From an uncultured Clostridia bacterium (GTDB taxonomy: Bacteria > Bacillota > Clostridia > Christensenellales > UBA3700), in assembly GCA_944380395.1 (NCBI GenBank), contig CALWHM010000001.1:38090-102089 (forward strand): DNA of 64,000 nt, read 5' to 3'. How positions within the stretch are numbered: position 1 is the stretch's first letter; the number at the start of each line of letters is the position of its first letter. The notes beneath the pieces are model-generated. The model had not been told where the DNA came from. It worked only from the letters and a program-made list of their open reading frames with translations, and searched no databases. This document shows positions 8,986 through 18,424 of this stretch, in pieces. Made by a program: the position numbers and the translations under genes.

Positions 8986-9898
8986 TTTCAAAGTTTTCAC
9001 GGGCAAAAATCACGTCTTTTTTCAATTGCTCCGCTATTTCCTCCTTGGAATTAAATTTTATAATATCTCTTATTTTATCCATAAATTCAACTACTATTTT
9101 CTTGCCGTACAAGTCGCCTTCGTATCCTATGATATGCGTTTCGGCATTTATAAAATAGTCATTGAACGTGGGATGCGTGCCGATGTTCGTTATGCACGGA
9201 TAACGCTTTTTATCCAATACGATATTGGTATAGTAAACCCCCATATGCGGTTTTAATTTATCTTTGGGAAGATTGGTGTTCGCGGTGGGGAACCCCATTC
9301 TTCTTCCGTCGTGCCGACCGTGCACGACCGTGCCCATAACTATATACGGAAGGGGTAAATATGAGTTAACTGCGCGCATATCGCCGTTTTTTATAAGAGT
9401 GCGAATTTTTCGGGACGCAATTTTTTCGCCGTTATCGTCGCTCACAAGCTCAACGGATCTGAAAAGTATGCCGTGGCTGTCGCAAAATTTTCGCAATGTC
9501 GCCACGTTCCCGCCCCCCTTATTGCCGTAAGTGTAATCTTCACCGCATATAATTGCGCGAATATCGAAATTTGCTGTAAGCGTATTCAAAAAAGTGTTTG
9601 GATCAAGAGAGAAAAACGCCCTGTCGCACTTTGCCACAACGGCATTATGTATTCCCAATTCGTCCATACGATAAAGTCTTTCTTCAAGCGTGAATATCTC
9701 CCCTTCTTCACCCTTCCCCGGCAAATCGGTCAAACTTGTATCAAAAGTGAAAAGCGCAGGCGCGGCGCCTATTTCCCCGCCCGTTTGCATCGCGCACTCT
9801 ATTATGCGGGCATGACCCAAATGCAGGCAGTCGAAAAAACCCAAGCAGAGCGCTATGGGCTTATCGCAACCTGTTTTGTAATCATAAACTTCTACCAT
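8954..9898 (-). CDS. ribF: Bifunctional riboflavin kinase / FMN adenylyltransferase
   Basis: N-terminal LGFFDCLHLGH nucleotidyltransferase motif and a C-terminal GRRMGFPTAN...GVYY riboflavin kinase domain. Confidence 0.9.
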   Translation of the reverse strand: MVEVYDYKTGCDKPIALCLGFFDCLHLGHARIIECAMQTGGEIGAAPALFTFDTSLTDLPGKGEEGEIFTLEERLYRMDELGIHNAVVAKCDRAFFSLDPNTFLNTLTANFDIRAIICGEDYTYGNKGGGNVATLRKFCDSHGILFRSVELVSDDNGEKIASRKIRTLIKNGDMRAVNSYLPLPYIVMGTVVHGRHDGRRMGFPTANTNLPKDKLKPHMGVYYTNIVLDKKRYPCITNIGTHPTFNDYFINAETHIIGYEGDLYGKKIVVEFMDKIRDIIKFNSKEEIAEQLKKDVIFARENFENDKVRSQRNK

Positions 9899-10803
9899 AA
9901 ATTTATATTCGCCTTCATCTTTCCGCCGTTGCAGCGGGCTATCGCGTACTCTCTGCCGCCGATGGTTACCAGCACATCGCCGTCCGCCCTGTTTGTGCGA
10001 ACGGGTACGCCGTTTGTAAACGCCTTTATATCCCGCTCGTTCAGCTCCTCACTTTCGTAAATTCCTGCGAGTACCTGCATGACGGGAATCAGATATTTGA
10101 GCGCTTCTTGCTTTACCGTTTCTATTCCGACGGCGTTTTCGCAAGTAAAAGGTCCGCTGTATGTCCGTTTTAGCGCAGTCATCGTGCCCAAACTTCCGCA
10201 TTTGTGCGCTATATCGCGGCTGAGAGAGCGGATATACGTTCCTCCGCCGCAGTCCACGGAAAATTCCGCAACCTTCACCTTATCCGTATCCGAATACTTT
10301 TCCGAACCGTTAACTTTTTGCAAAGTTATCGCGTCGATATGAACTTTTACGGGGCGCAGTTCAACTTCTGTGCCGCTTCTTGCCAGCTTGTACGCCTTTA
10401 CTCCGCCCACGGATTTAGCGCTGTACGCGGGCGGCACCTGCTCTATATCTCCGATAAAAGCCGAACAAGCGCATTTCAGCTGCGCCGCGGTCGGCAATAT
10501 ATCCGTTTGGGCAATCACCGCTCCTTCTCCGTCCAAAGTGTCCGTTTCACTGCCGAAGGATACCTGCGCCGCATAGCCTTTTTTCTTATTCATAAGTATA
10601 TCGAACAGTCTTGTAGCTTTGCCGACGGCTACGGGCAGCACTCCCGTGGCCATAGGATCCAATGTGCCCATATGCCCGACTTTCACCTTATAGCCGACTG
10701 ACTTGGAAATCACGCCGCGCAAAACCGCCACGACATCCGACGAAGTCCAGCCCTTCGGCTTGTCGACGCATATAAATCCGCTTATTCCAGATGATCCTTG
10801 CAT
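9892..10803 (-). CDS. truB: tRNA pseudouridine(55) synthase
   Basis: VDKPKGWTSSDV...GHMGTLDPMATGVLPV contains the catalytic Asp motif. Confidence 0.9.
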   Translation of the reverse strand: MQGSSGISGFICVDKPKGWTSSDVVAVLRGVISKSVGYKVKVGHMGTLDPMATGVLPVAVGKATRLFDILMNKKKGYAAQVSFGSETDTLDGEGAVIAQTDILPTAAQLKCACSAFIGDIEQVPPAYSAKSVGGVKAYKLARSGTEVELRPVKVHIDAITLQKVNGSEKYSDTDKVKVAEFSVDCGGGTYIRSLSRDIAHKCGSLGTMTALKRTYSGPFTCENAVGIETVKQEALKYLIPVMQVLAGIYESEELNERDIKAFTNGVPVRTNRADGDVLVTIGGREYAIARCNGGKMKANINLW

Positions 10804-11750
10804 GCCTTCAAAACCTTTTCAAGAACTTCGTAATAACTGCCGTATATCCTGCATCCGGCGGCGCGGGCATGACCTCCGCCGCCGAACACGGACGCTATGC
10901 GGTTCGCCTCCGCACATTCGTCAGTGCGAATGCTTATCTTGTATTCGTTTGCCGCCGCCTCGGTAACGGCGACGGCTATATTCACGCCCTCCACCTCTCT
11001 GACGGAATTTATTATCCCCGTGGTATCGGAAACCGCGGTGCCCGTAGCGGCAAAATCTTCGGATGAAAACGTTATTATGCCTATCCGTCCCTCTTCGTAA
11101 AAGCGCGTTTTGGCAAGCACGCGCGTTTTTAAGGCGAAAACTGCGGGCGAAATATCGCTTATGAAATATTCGACTATCTTGTGCCCTTCCACTCCCGCAT
11201 CCAGCAAATCGGCGGCAATGCGCATCGTTTCCCCCGTGACTGACGAAAACGCAAAGCCTCCGCTATCCGTGACAAGTGCGGTGTATAACAGCTCCGCTAT
11301 ATGTATGTCAAGGGGTTTTTCACCCAAAATAAGCCTTATGAGTTTATATACGGGTTGCGCCGCAGCCGCAGCGCTGCGCTCCACATAGGTATAATCCGTA
11401 TAATCGCTGTTGCTGACGTGGTGGTCTATACATGCGCTTACTCGCGCGCGGCGTATTACGCCCGCGTGTGCGGAAAGCTGGTTTATATCCGAACAATCCA
11501 CGGCTATCGCCAATTCGTAGGGCGCGGAAGGCAAATCGGAACGTAACTTCTCCGCGCCGTAGAGCGTAAGCAATTTTCTTCCCGGAACGTCGGAACAGAA
11601 TATATCCGCCTGCTTTCCCGCGGCTTTGAGCGCGCAATATAGCGCAAGCCCCGAACCGAGAGTATCTCCGTCGGGGTTGGCGTGGCATACTAGCGCTATT
11701 TTATTCGCTTTAGCTATAAGTCCGAATATTTTTTCCGCGTTGCAAATCAT
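10782..11750 (-). CDS. nrnA: DHH/DHHA1 phosphoesterase (NrnA-type oligoribonuclease / pAp phosphatase)
   Basis: HANPDGD, DHH (CIDHHVSN) and GGGH motifs. Conserved position between rbfA and truB. Confidence 0.8.
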   Translation of the reverse strand: MICNAEKIFGLIAKANKIALVCHANPDGDTLGSGLALYCALKAAGKQADIFCSDVPGRKLLTLYGAEKLRSDLPSAPYELAIAVDCSDINQLSAHAGVIRRARVSACIDHHVSNSDYTDYTYVERSAAAAAQPVYKLIRLILGEKPLDIHIAELLYTALVTDSGGFAFSSVTGETMRIAADLLDAGVEGHKIVEYFISDISPAVFALKTRVLAKTRFYEEGRIGIITFSSEDFAATGTAVSDTTGIINSVREVEGVNIAVAVTEAAANEYKISIRTDECAEANRIASVFGGGGHARAAGCRIYGSYYEVLEKVLKACKDHLE

Positions 11751-12088
11751 TTTTCCTTGTTAATGGTCTTTATTATCGCCTCTATTTCGGCGGCGTATTC
11801 CGCGCCGCGATCGAGCACGAACACGAGCGCAGGCATAGTGCGGATATCTATCAGTTCTTTAAGGCGCGCACGAAGAAAACCTGCGGAACGGTTTAGCCCC
11901 TGCACCGCCTGTTCTCCGTCTCCGCCGTAAACGCTTACGCTGATCAGCGCGCGCGAAAGCTCGCTGTCCACTTTTACATCGGTTATGCCGATGATACAGC
12001 CCGCAACACGAGGATCGCGCACATTGTCCTTTATCAGTACGGACAGCCGCTTCATTATCTCGGAACTTATCCTATCTGTCTTATTCAT
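11747..12088 (-). CDS. rbfA: Ribosome-binding factor A
   Basis: The start MNKTDRISSEIMKRL overlaps the infB stop by 1 nt (TGATG). The sequence is RbfA-like. Confidence 0.9.
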   Translation of the reverse strand: MNKTDRISSEIMKRLSVLIKDNVRDPRVAGCIIGITDVKVDSELSRALISVSVYGGDGEQAVQGLNRSAGFLRARLKELIDIRTMPALVFVLDRGAEYAAEIEAIIKTINKEK

Positions 12089-14628
12089 CAATTCACCTGC
12101 TTGAGCAAGAAGGCTTCTATCGTGTCGCCCTTCTTTATGTCGCCCCACTTTTGCAGACCTACGCCGCATTCATAGCCGTGAGCGACCTCCTTGGCGTCGT
12201 CTTTTTCACGTTTGAGTGAGTTGAGCACACCGTTATAGATGATGATATTGTCACGCACAAGCCTTATCTTGCAGCCGCGCTGAAGTTTGCCGTCCGTAAC
12301 GTAACAGCCCGCTATGTTGCCTACGCCCGTTATCTTGAACACTTCGCGCACTTCCGCATGGCCAATTATCTCTTCTTCGTAAATAGGTTCGACCATACCG
12401 TTCAAAATATTGGTCACTTCGTCTATCGCGTCGTAAATTACGGAGTATGTGCGTATTTCCACGCCCGTCCTGTCCGCCATGGCGCGCGCTTTTGCATCGG
12501 CTTTCACGTTAAAGCCGATTATTATCGCGCCGGAAGTATCCGCAAGCATAACGTCGGATTCGTTTATCGCGCCCGCCGCACTGTGTATCACGCGTATTTC
12601 GATATTCTTGGACGCCATTTCCTCACCCAGCTTGAGCATAGCCTGTTTGACTGCTTCCACGGAACCTTGAACGTCGCCTTTGATTATCATGGCAAGGCGC
12701 TTAACCTCCGTGTTATCGGTATTCTTAAACAGCTCTTCCAAAGTGCTGCGCTGGCTTATCGACTTCATTGCCTGCGCCGTCTTTTCCTTGGCAAGGCGTT
12801 CTTCAGCCACCTGCTTTGCAAGCGCCGCGTCCTTGACAGCGACCAAATTATCGCCTGCGTTCGGAACGGCGGTAAAGCCCTGCACCTGTACGGCGTAAGA
12901 AGGTCCCGCTTCCTTTACGCGTTTGCCGCTGAAATCGAGCATCGCCCTTATCTTGCCCACGCAAGTGCCAGCTATTACATAGTCGGATACATGCAAGGTG
13001 CCGTTTTGCACCAGCACCGTGGCAACGGGTCCCAAGCCTTTGTCAAGTCTGGCTTCTATTATGGAGCCGGAAGCCATGCGGTTTTTATCCGCTTTGAGCT
13101 CCATTATATCCGCCACAAGCAGCACGCATTCGAGCAATTCGTGAACACCGGTACCCAATTTTGCACTTACGGGACATACATAGACATCGCCGCCCCAATC
13201 TTCGGGAACAAGTCCGTAAGTGCCGATTTGGTTCTTTACCTTATCGATATTTGCGCCGGGCTTGTCTATCTTATTGACGGCGATGATTATCTGCACGCCC
13301 GCATTCTTGGCGTGGTTTATCGCTTCAACGGTTTGAGGCATTATACCGTCGTCCGCCGCGACGACTATTATGGCTATATCCGTCACCTGCGCGCCGCGCT
13401 GACGCATAGCGGTGAACGCCTCGTGACCGGGAGTATCCAAGAAAGTTATCGGCTTTCCGTCCAAGTCTATCGTATAAGCGCCGATATGCTGCGTTATTCC
13501 GCCCGCTTCGCCTTTGACAACGTTCGTCTTGCGGATATAGTCGAGCAAGGAAGTTTTACCGTGGTCGACGTGACCCATAATAGCCACGACGGGAGGACGA
13601 GGCTGAAGGTCTGCGTTTTCTTTCTCCGCATTTTCAAACTGAGCCAGCTTGTCTTCCGCCGTGACATCGGGGACATACGTCAAAGTGATGTCGTAATCGA
13701 TGGCGATAAGTTCGGCTGTTTCAAAGTCGATGGAGTCGTTAATGGTGCACATTTTGCCCATATCAAACAACTTTTTGACTATTTCCGCTGCGGACCTTCC
13801 GATTTTCTCGCTGAACACCTTTATGGGTATTATATCGGTGCTCACCTCCGCATGATCTATTTTGGACGCAGACTGCGCGACATCACGCTGAGATTTGCGC
13901 TGTTTTTTGTACCTTACGTCTCCGTCGTCGTCGCCGCCGTCCTCATACACATATCCTTTTTTGATGAGATCGCGCTTGGAAAGCGACTTCTTCTGCTCGT
14001 CTTTTTGGTTAAAGCTGCTCTTCTTCTTTTTATCGGCGGGACTCTTGCCTCCGCCGGCGGGAATAGGAGTGGGCATAACGGGCTGTATTCTGCCGCCCTG
14101 ACCGGGGCGCTTTTCAAATCCGCTCTGCCTGGAACCTTCTCCTCTGGGCGGGAATTTGCGTTCACCCTGAACGCCGCCCGTACGTCTGCGATCTCCACTG
14201 TTCAAAAACTCCGGATTGATATATGTCTTGGACCTGTCCGCCGCGATAGTCTCCTTGACGGGTTTTTCCTGAGGCTTTTTCTTCTCTTCCTCTGCAACGG
14301 GCGCGGGTTCCTGCTTAGGCTTTTCCTTGACTTCCTCTGTGGTCTTATCGCCTTCTTTCTTCACTTCTTCCGCTTTCACTTCTTCAGCAGGCAAAACGGG
14401 GGCGGGTTCCGCCTCTTTCTCCTCTGCTTCCGCAGACTTTGCCGCGGCGCGCTCGGCTTCAAGCTCCTTTTCTATCAGTTCCCTCTTTTTATCCTTTATC
14501 TTCTCTGCCAAAGCGGGAATGCCGGAGCGCTTTTCCTTGATATCCATTACGAGCGGAGCGACTTTTGCGCCCAGCATGTCGGCGATATCCTTTATTATTC
14601 TATTGATATCTATTTTCTCGTTACTCAC
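12088..14628 (-). CDS. infB: Translation initiation factor IF-2
   Basis: GHVDHGKTSLLD, DTPGHEAF and NKIDK GTPase motifs, with a long charged low-complexity N-terminus. Confidence 0.97.
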   Translation of the reverse strand: MSNEKIDINRIIKDIADMLGAKVAPLVMDIKEKRSGIPALAEKIKDKKRELIEKELEAERAAAKSAEAEEKEAEPAPVLPAEEVKAEEVKKEGDKTTEEVKEKPKQEPAPVAEEEKKKPQEKPVKETIAADRSKTYINPEFLNSGDRRRTGGVQGERKFPPRGEGSRQSGFEKRPGQGGRIQPVMPTPIPAGGGKSPADKKKKSSFNQKDEQKKSLSKRDLIKKGYVYEDGGDDDGDVRYKKQRKSQRDVAQSASKIDHAEVSTDIIPIKVFSEKIGRSAAEIVKKLFDMGKMCTINDSIDFETAELIAIDYDITLTYVPDVTAEDKLAQFENAEKENADLQPRPPVVAIMGHVDHGKTSLLDYIRKTNVVKGEAGGITQHIGAYTIDLDGKPITFLDTPGHEAFTAMRQRGAQVTDIAIIVVAADDGIMPQTVEAINHAKNAGVQIIIAVNKIDKPGANIDKVKNQIGTYGLVPEDWGGDVYVCPVSAKLGTGVHELLECVLLVADIMELKADKNRMASGSIIEARLDKGLGPVATVLVQNGTLHVSDYVIAGTCVGKIRAMLDFSGKRVKEAGPSYAVQVQGFTAVPNAGDNLVAVKDAALAKQVAEERLAKEKTAQAMKSISQRSTLEELFKNTDNTEVKRLAMIIKGDVQGSVEAVKQAMLKLGEEMASKNIEIRVIHSAAGAINESDVMLADTSGAIIIGFNVKADAKARAMADRTGVEIRTYSVIYDAIDEVTNILNGMVEPIYEEEIIGHAEVREVFKITGVGNIAGCYVTDGKLQRGCKIRLVRDNIIIYNGVLNSLKREKDDAKEVAHGYECGVGLQKWGDIKKGDTIEAFLLKQVN

Positions 14629-14944
14629 TTTCTACCTCCGTTATTATACCCAATTCGTCCGATAGCAATATCGCGTTCGCCAAACTTTTGCTTGTAACGG
14701 CAATAAGTTTGACATTTTCCCTGTGCACCGCGCCGGATATATAGCCGCTTTTGCACTTTATGGCCGTGATATCTTCACGCTTGCACAAATTCTTCAGTTT
14801 TCTGAGCGTTGCCGCACCCGTTTGCGCGTCATACATTATCAATTCTATCCTGCCCGTGTATGACGGAAACGAGTCCAAACCGTAGATCACATCTCCGCTG
14901 CGCACGGCAAAACCGATATAAGAATCAATTTTTCGACTTGGCAT
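14621..14944 (-). CDS. ylxQ: L7Ae-family RNA-binding protein YlxQ
   Basis: IGFAVRSGDVIYG is L7Ae-like. Conserved position between ylxR and infB. The start codon is uncertain (14944, 14965 or 14992). Confidence 0.75.
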   Translation of the reverse strand: MPSRKIDSYIGFAVRSGDVIYGLDSFPSYTGRIELIMYDAQTGAATLRKLKNLCKREDITAIKCKSGYISGAVHRENVKLIAVTSKSLANAILLSDELGIITEVESE

Positions 14945-15191
14945 ACTCTTTTGCGATATACTCATACACCTCGTCCGATACGGGTGCGTCAAGCGCCCTG
15001 CCGATCAGTTTGTTCTTCACGCATTTTTCAATGCATGCGGGATCGTCGCATATATATGCGCCCCTGCCCGACGCCTTACCCGTAAAATCAAGACTGATGT
15101 TGCCGTCCTTATCGCGAACGATGCGCAGCATCTGCTTTTTTTCTTTTTCTTTGCGGCAGGCAATGCAGGTTCTGACAACGGGTTTTTTCAT
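14925..15191 (-). CDS. ylxR: YlxR/RnpM family (DUF448) RNA-binding protein
   Basis: RTCIACRKEKEKKQMLRIV...GRGAYIC is the DUF448 signature. It lies downstream of nusA. Confidence 0.85.
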   Translation of the reverse strand: MKKPVVRTCIACRKEKEKKQMLRIVRDKDGNISLDFTGKASGRGAYICDDPACIEKCVKNKLIGRALDAPVSDEVYEYIAKEYAKSKN

Positions 15192-15192
15192 A

Positions 15193-16269
15193 TTATCCCT
15201 CGAAAGCGTCGTCGACCATACCGCTCACTTCGGAATAAGGCTTAACGTCTATCTTCCAATCTGTGAGCTTAGCCGCCAAACGCACGTTTTGTCCCGCCTT
15301 GCCTATGGCAAGAGAGAGTTTGTCGTCGGGGACTATCGCAATCGCCTTTTTGTCCTCTTCGTTTATCTGCACCATCATAGCCTTAGCGGGGCTGAGCGCT
15401 CTGGCGATAAATTCGCTTATATCCGAGCACCACTCTATGACGTCAATCTTCTCTCCGCCCAATTCGTGGACGATGTTGTTGATGCGCATTCCGCGGGGAC
15501 CTACGCAGCTGCCCACGCAGTCAAGGGAAGGATCGTCGGATGTTACAGCCATTTTAGTCCTGTATCCCGCTTCACGCACTATCTTTTTAATGGTCACAAG
15601 CCCGCTTCTGATTTCGGGCACTTCCATTTCAAACAGCCTCTTTACAAAGCCTGTGCAGGCGCGGGAGACCATCACCTGAGGATTGCCCCTATCAGAGCTG
15701 CGCACGCTCTTGACGTAAACTTTGATTATCGCGTTGATGTCGTATCTTTCTCCGCGTATCTGGTCGTTCTTCATCATTATGCCCTCCATTTGAGAGCCGC
15801 TTATCTCCAGATACACGTTATCTTTCTCAACTCTGCGAATAATGGCGGTGACTATTTCGCCCTCTTTTTCGTTCATTTCGCTCAAAACCTGATTCTTGCG
15901 CTCGTCGTTAAGGCGCTGCATAATGACCTGCTTGGCGGTTTGAGCGGCAATGCGCGAAAACATTTTGGGAGAAAGCTCATCGTCGATAAAGTGGTCGCCG
16001 ATGTTGTATATCTCCTTGACCTTGCGCGCGTCTTCCAAAGATATCTGCTTTTCGGGATCTTCCACTTCTTCCACCACTTCCCTGTAAGCAAACACCCTTA
16101 TGGTGAACTTGGAAGGGTTAAGCTGAATATCTATGCCGCGGTTAAGCCCCGTCTCCTTTTTGTATGCGGAACTCAATCCCGCTTCCATTGTGGAAATAAA
16201 CATTTCCTGGCTTATCTTTCTTTCCTTTTCAAGCTCCATAAGCGCCTGAAAGAACTCCTTGCTGATCAT
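15193..16269 (-). CDS. nusA: Transcription termination/antitermination factor NusA
   Basis: S1 and KH domains (GPRGMRINNIV..., IGKAGQNVRLAAKLT). Confidence 0.95.
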   Translation of the reverse strand: MISKEFFQALMELEKERKISQEMFISTMEAGLSSAYKKETGLNRGIDIQLNPSKFTIRVFAYREVVEEVEDPEKQISLEDARKVKEIYNIGDHFIDDELSPKMFSRIAAQTAKQVIMQRLNDERKNQVLSEMNEKEGEIVTAIIRRVEKDNVYLEISGSQMEGIMMKNDQIRGERYDINAIIKVYVKSVRSSDRGNPQVMVSRACTGFVKRLFEMEVPEIRSGLVTIKKIVREAGYRTKMAVTSDDPSLDCVGSCVGPRGMRINNIVHELGGEKIDVIEWCSDISEFIARALSPAKAMMVQINEEDKKAIAIVPDDKLSLAIGKAGQNVRLAAKLTDWKIDVKPYSEVSGMVDDAFEG

Positions 16270-16278
16270 TTTATCCTC

Positions 16279-16737
16279 CTAAAATTCGATGTACGGCTTA
16301 GCCGCCGCAATCTGCTTTAATTGTATTTTTATGGTTTTTTCTCCCTCTTTAAGGGTGATTTCCTCTTCCGTTGCCTCATCAAGTACGGCGATGTATTTCT
16401 TTTTCCCCTCTACGGGTGCATAAAGCGATACTTCCACTTTTTCACCCAGCTTACGCTTATAATCGTTCAAAGTCTTTAACGGACGATCCAGCCCGGGCGA
16501 AGATACGTTGAGATTATAAGGCGCGCCTTCCGTGGGATCCAACTCGTCCATCGGACCGTCAATTGCCCTGTGTATAAGCTCGCAATCGTCAAGACTCACG
16601 CCGCCGGGCTTGTCTATATAAACGGTGAGCGTGTGAGTGCCGTACAGCTTTTTGAACTCCACTTCCACAAGCTCCATTCCGTTTGCCTCCACTATGGGGC
16701 GCACGACCTGCTCTGCCGCGTCTGCTATTTTAGACAT
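16279..16737 (-). CDS. rimP: Ribosome maturation factor RimP
   Basis: RimP-like sequence. The ATG at 16737 sits 6 nt after GGAGG, and the TTG at 16752 lies inside that SD, so I rejected it. Confidence 0.9.
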   Translation of the reverse strand: MSKIADAAEQVVRPIVEANGMELVEVEFKKLYGTHTLTVYIDKPGGVSLDDCELIHRAIDGPMDELDPTEGAPYNLNVSSPGLDRPLKTLNDYKRKLGEKVEVSLYAPVEGKKKYIAVLDEATEEEITLKEGEKTIKIQLKQIAAAKPYIEF

Positions 16738-16774
16738 TCGTTCCTCCTGCAATAATATTTTGCCTTACATAGCA

Positions 16775-16804
16775 TTTGAGCGACCGTTTTCGCGGTCGCT
16801 CAAA
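16775..16804 (-). promoter_or_regulatory. 12-bp perfect hairpin in the rimP-nusA leader (candidate attenuator)
   Basis: Minus strand UUUGAGCGACCG-CGAAAA-CGGUCGCUCAAA followed by UGCUAUGU (a poor U-tract). It lies between the predicted promoter and the rimP ATG. Confidence 0.5.
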
Positions 16805-16829
16805 TAAATCACTTTATTCTTGCATAGTC

Positions 16830-16858
16830 ATTATAGCAACTATTTATTAAAAGTGCAA
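16830..16858 (-). promoter_or_regulatory. Sigma-A type promoter of rimP-nusA-infB
   Basis: Minus strand TTGCAC, a 17-nt spacer, then TATAAT. Confidence 0.6.
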
Positions 16859-16881
16859 CTGTTTTAAGGAAATATTCCGAA

Positions 16882-18423
16882 TTATATGGTTTTCAGATCG
16901 CCGAACCTGACAAGCTCCGCAAACAGTTTTGCCGTGGCTATGCAATCTGCATACGCTCTGTGCGCGTTTTCAAGCGGAATATGAAAATAACTGCACAAAT
17001 CGCCTAAATTATGCTTGCCCGGAACGCGCAGATAATTTGCCATCTCCAAAGTGTCTATCAGCTTGTTTTTAAATTCAAAGCCGCCCTCTTTCAGCAATCT
17101 GCCCAGGATTATGTAGTCGTAATTATTGCCGTTATGCGCGATAACGGGACTGTCGCCTATATATTTCAGCATTTGCGGCACCACATATTCTATCGGCGGC
17201 GCACCCTGTACATCCTCATCGTATATATTGTTCTTCTCGGACGCGTCGCGCGGAATGGGTATTCCCGGATCCACAAAGGTATCGAAATACTCCACGACTC
17301 TTCCGTCCACCATTTTGGATAATCCGACTTCTATCACCTTACACACCGCGGGATTAAGACCCGTGGTTTCAAAATCAAGCGCAAAATAAGTCTTGCCTGC
17401 GATAAGCTTGGGCAATTCGTCGCCTATCTGCATAAGGTTATATGCGGAATCGTCATACGGAATCACGGCTACGGGCGCTTTATCAAATGCCTTTTTAGGC
17501 TCGGAATTGTCTACTTTTGTATAGTCTATCGAACAAAAAGACACTTTACTGACTATAAACTTGCGCTTTCCCATCGAATTGTTTTCGCTTTCATACGATC
17601 CGACGACTTTAATAGTCATTCCGTCTGAAAGCGCGCCCAGCACTCCGCCCTTTTTTCTTCTTGTGAACAAAATGCAGTCCACGCTTCCCGTTGTATCGTT
17701 CAAACTGAAAGTGTGGTAATGGTAGCCTTTGGTCTTGCTCACCTTATCCTGCAATTCGGAAAGCGTTCCGGCTATGCACGTTTCAAACGCGTTTTCCGGC
17801 AGGCGCGCTATATACAGCGCGGGAGAAGTTATCGTTTCCCCTATCAGCGCGCTCTCCTGAGATGTGGCGTGAAAATACTCTTTTGCCTGGACAGCCGTCA
17901 TCTTTCTTTCCGATGTATCTATTTTGAACGCGTCGGCGGCGTATTTTGTCAAACTCACCTTGCTTTGCGTGCCGTAAAGTTTATCTATATGGCTTTCTAT
18001 GGCGCGCGGTATTTCGGCTGCGGTAAACGGACCCGCCAGATAATCGGGAATATCTATATTGATAAGCGGAACGCCGTCATTGACCTGAACTTTAACTGCG
18101 TTTTCGGAGATTTGGGAGCAGTATGCTCCGTACTGTTCGGAGAGAAACTTTTTTGTTATACGCTCTATTATATCTGCATTAAAATACACTTTTTTGAATA
18201 TTACGCTCACGGGCATAGTTACGCCTTCTTCCTTGAATATCTCGCAAATTACGGAAGTTATCTCCTTATCTTCACCCGTTGAGGTTATCTCGTCGCATAT
18301 TTCGTAGGGCGCGGAAACCGTAACGACAACGGTGCCCGCCGTTTTATCGATTGTCGCGTCTTTGAAGCGGATAAATGAGTATTTATCCTGCGTTTTATCG
18401 AAAAATTTCTCTTCAAGTACCAT
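16882..18423 (-). CDS. PolC-like N-terminal domain + OB fold + DEDDh 3'-5' exonuclease, with no PHP or polymerase domains
   Basis: The C-terminus carries Exo I DFETTGL, Exo II AHNGNNYD and Exo III HRAYADCIAT. Residues ~215-300 (CIAGTLSELQDK..FSLNDTTGSVDCILFTRRKK..GMTIKVVGS) resemble the PolC OB domain. It occupies the polC slot between ispG and rimP. Confidence 0.75.
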   Translation of the reverse strand: MVLEEKFFDKTQDKYSFIRFKDATIDKTAGTVVVTVSAPYEICDEITSTGEDKEITSVICEIFKEEGVTMPVSVIFKKVYFNADIIERITKKFLSEQYGAYCSQISENAVKVQVNDGVPLINIDIPDYLAGPFTAAEIPRAIESHIDKLYGTQSKVSLTKYAADAFKIDTSERKMTAVQAKEYFHATSQESALIGETITSPALYIARLPENAFETCIAGTLSELQDKVSKTKGYHYHTFSLNDTTGSVDCILFTRRKKGGVLGALSDGMTIKVVGSYESENNSMGKRKFIVSKVSFCSIDYTKVDNSEPKKAFDKAPVAVIPYDDSAYNLMQIGDELPKLIAGKTYFALDFETTGLNPAVCKVIEVGLSKMVDGRVVEYFDTFVDPGIPIPRDASEKNNIYDEDVQGAPPIEYVVPQMLKYIGDSPVIAHNGNNYDYIILGRLLKEGGFEFKNKLIDTLEMANYLRVPGKHNLGDLCSYFHIPLENAHRAYADCIATAKLFAELVRFGDLKTI

Positions 18424-18424
18424 T

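Noticed and set aside
12358-14697. A 779-aa plus-strand ORF antisense to infB. Similar long antisense ORFs occur at 24028..25686 (552 aa, spanning pyrH and tsf), 14809..16320, 51954..53012, 61204..62103 and 19194..20258.
   Set aside because: These ORFs are in the same codon register as the minus-strand genes (12358 and 12088 are both 1 mod 3, as are 24028, 24025 and 24787). Antisense stops therefore only arise from sense TTA, CTA and TCA codons, which these genes rarely use. The translations are low-complexity (Arg/Phe/His/Tyr-rich) with no recognisable motifs, while the opposite strand encodes unmistakable conserved proteins.
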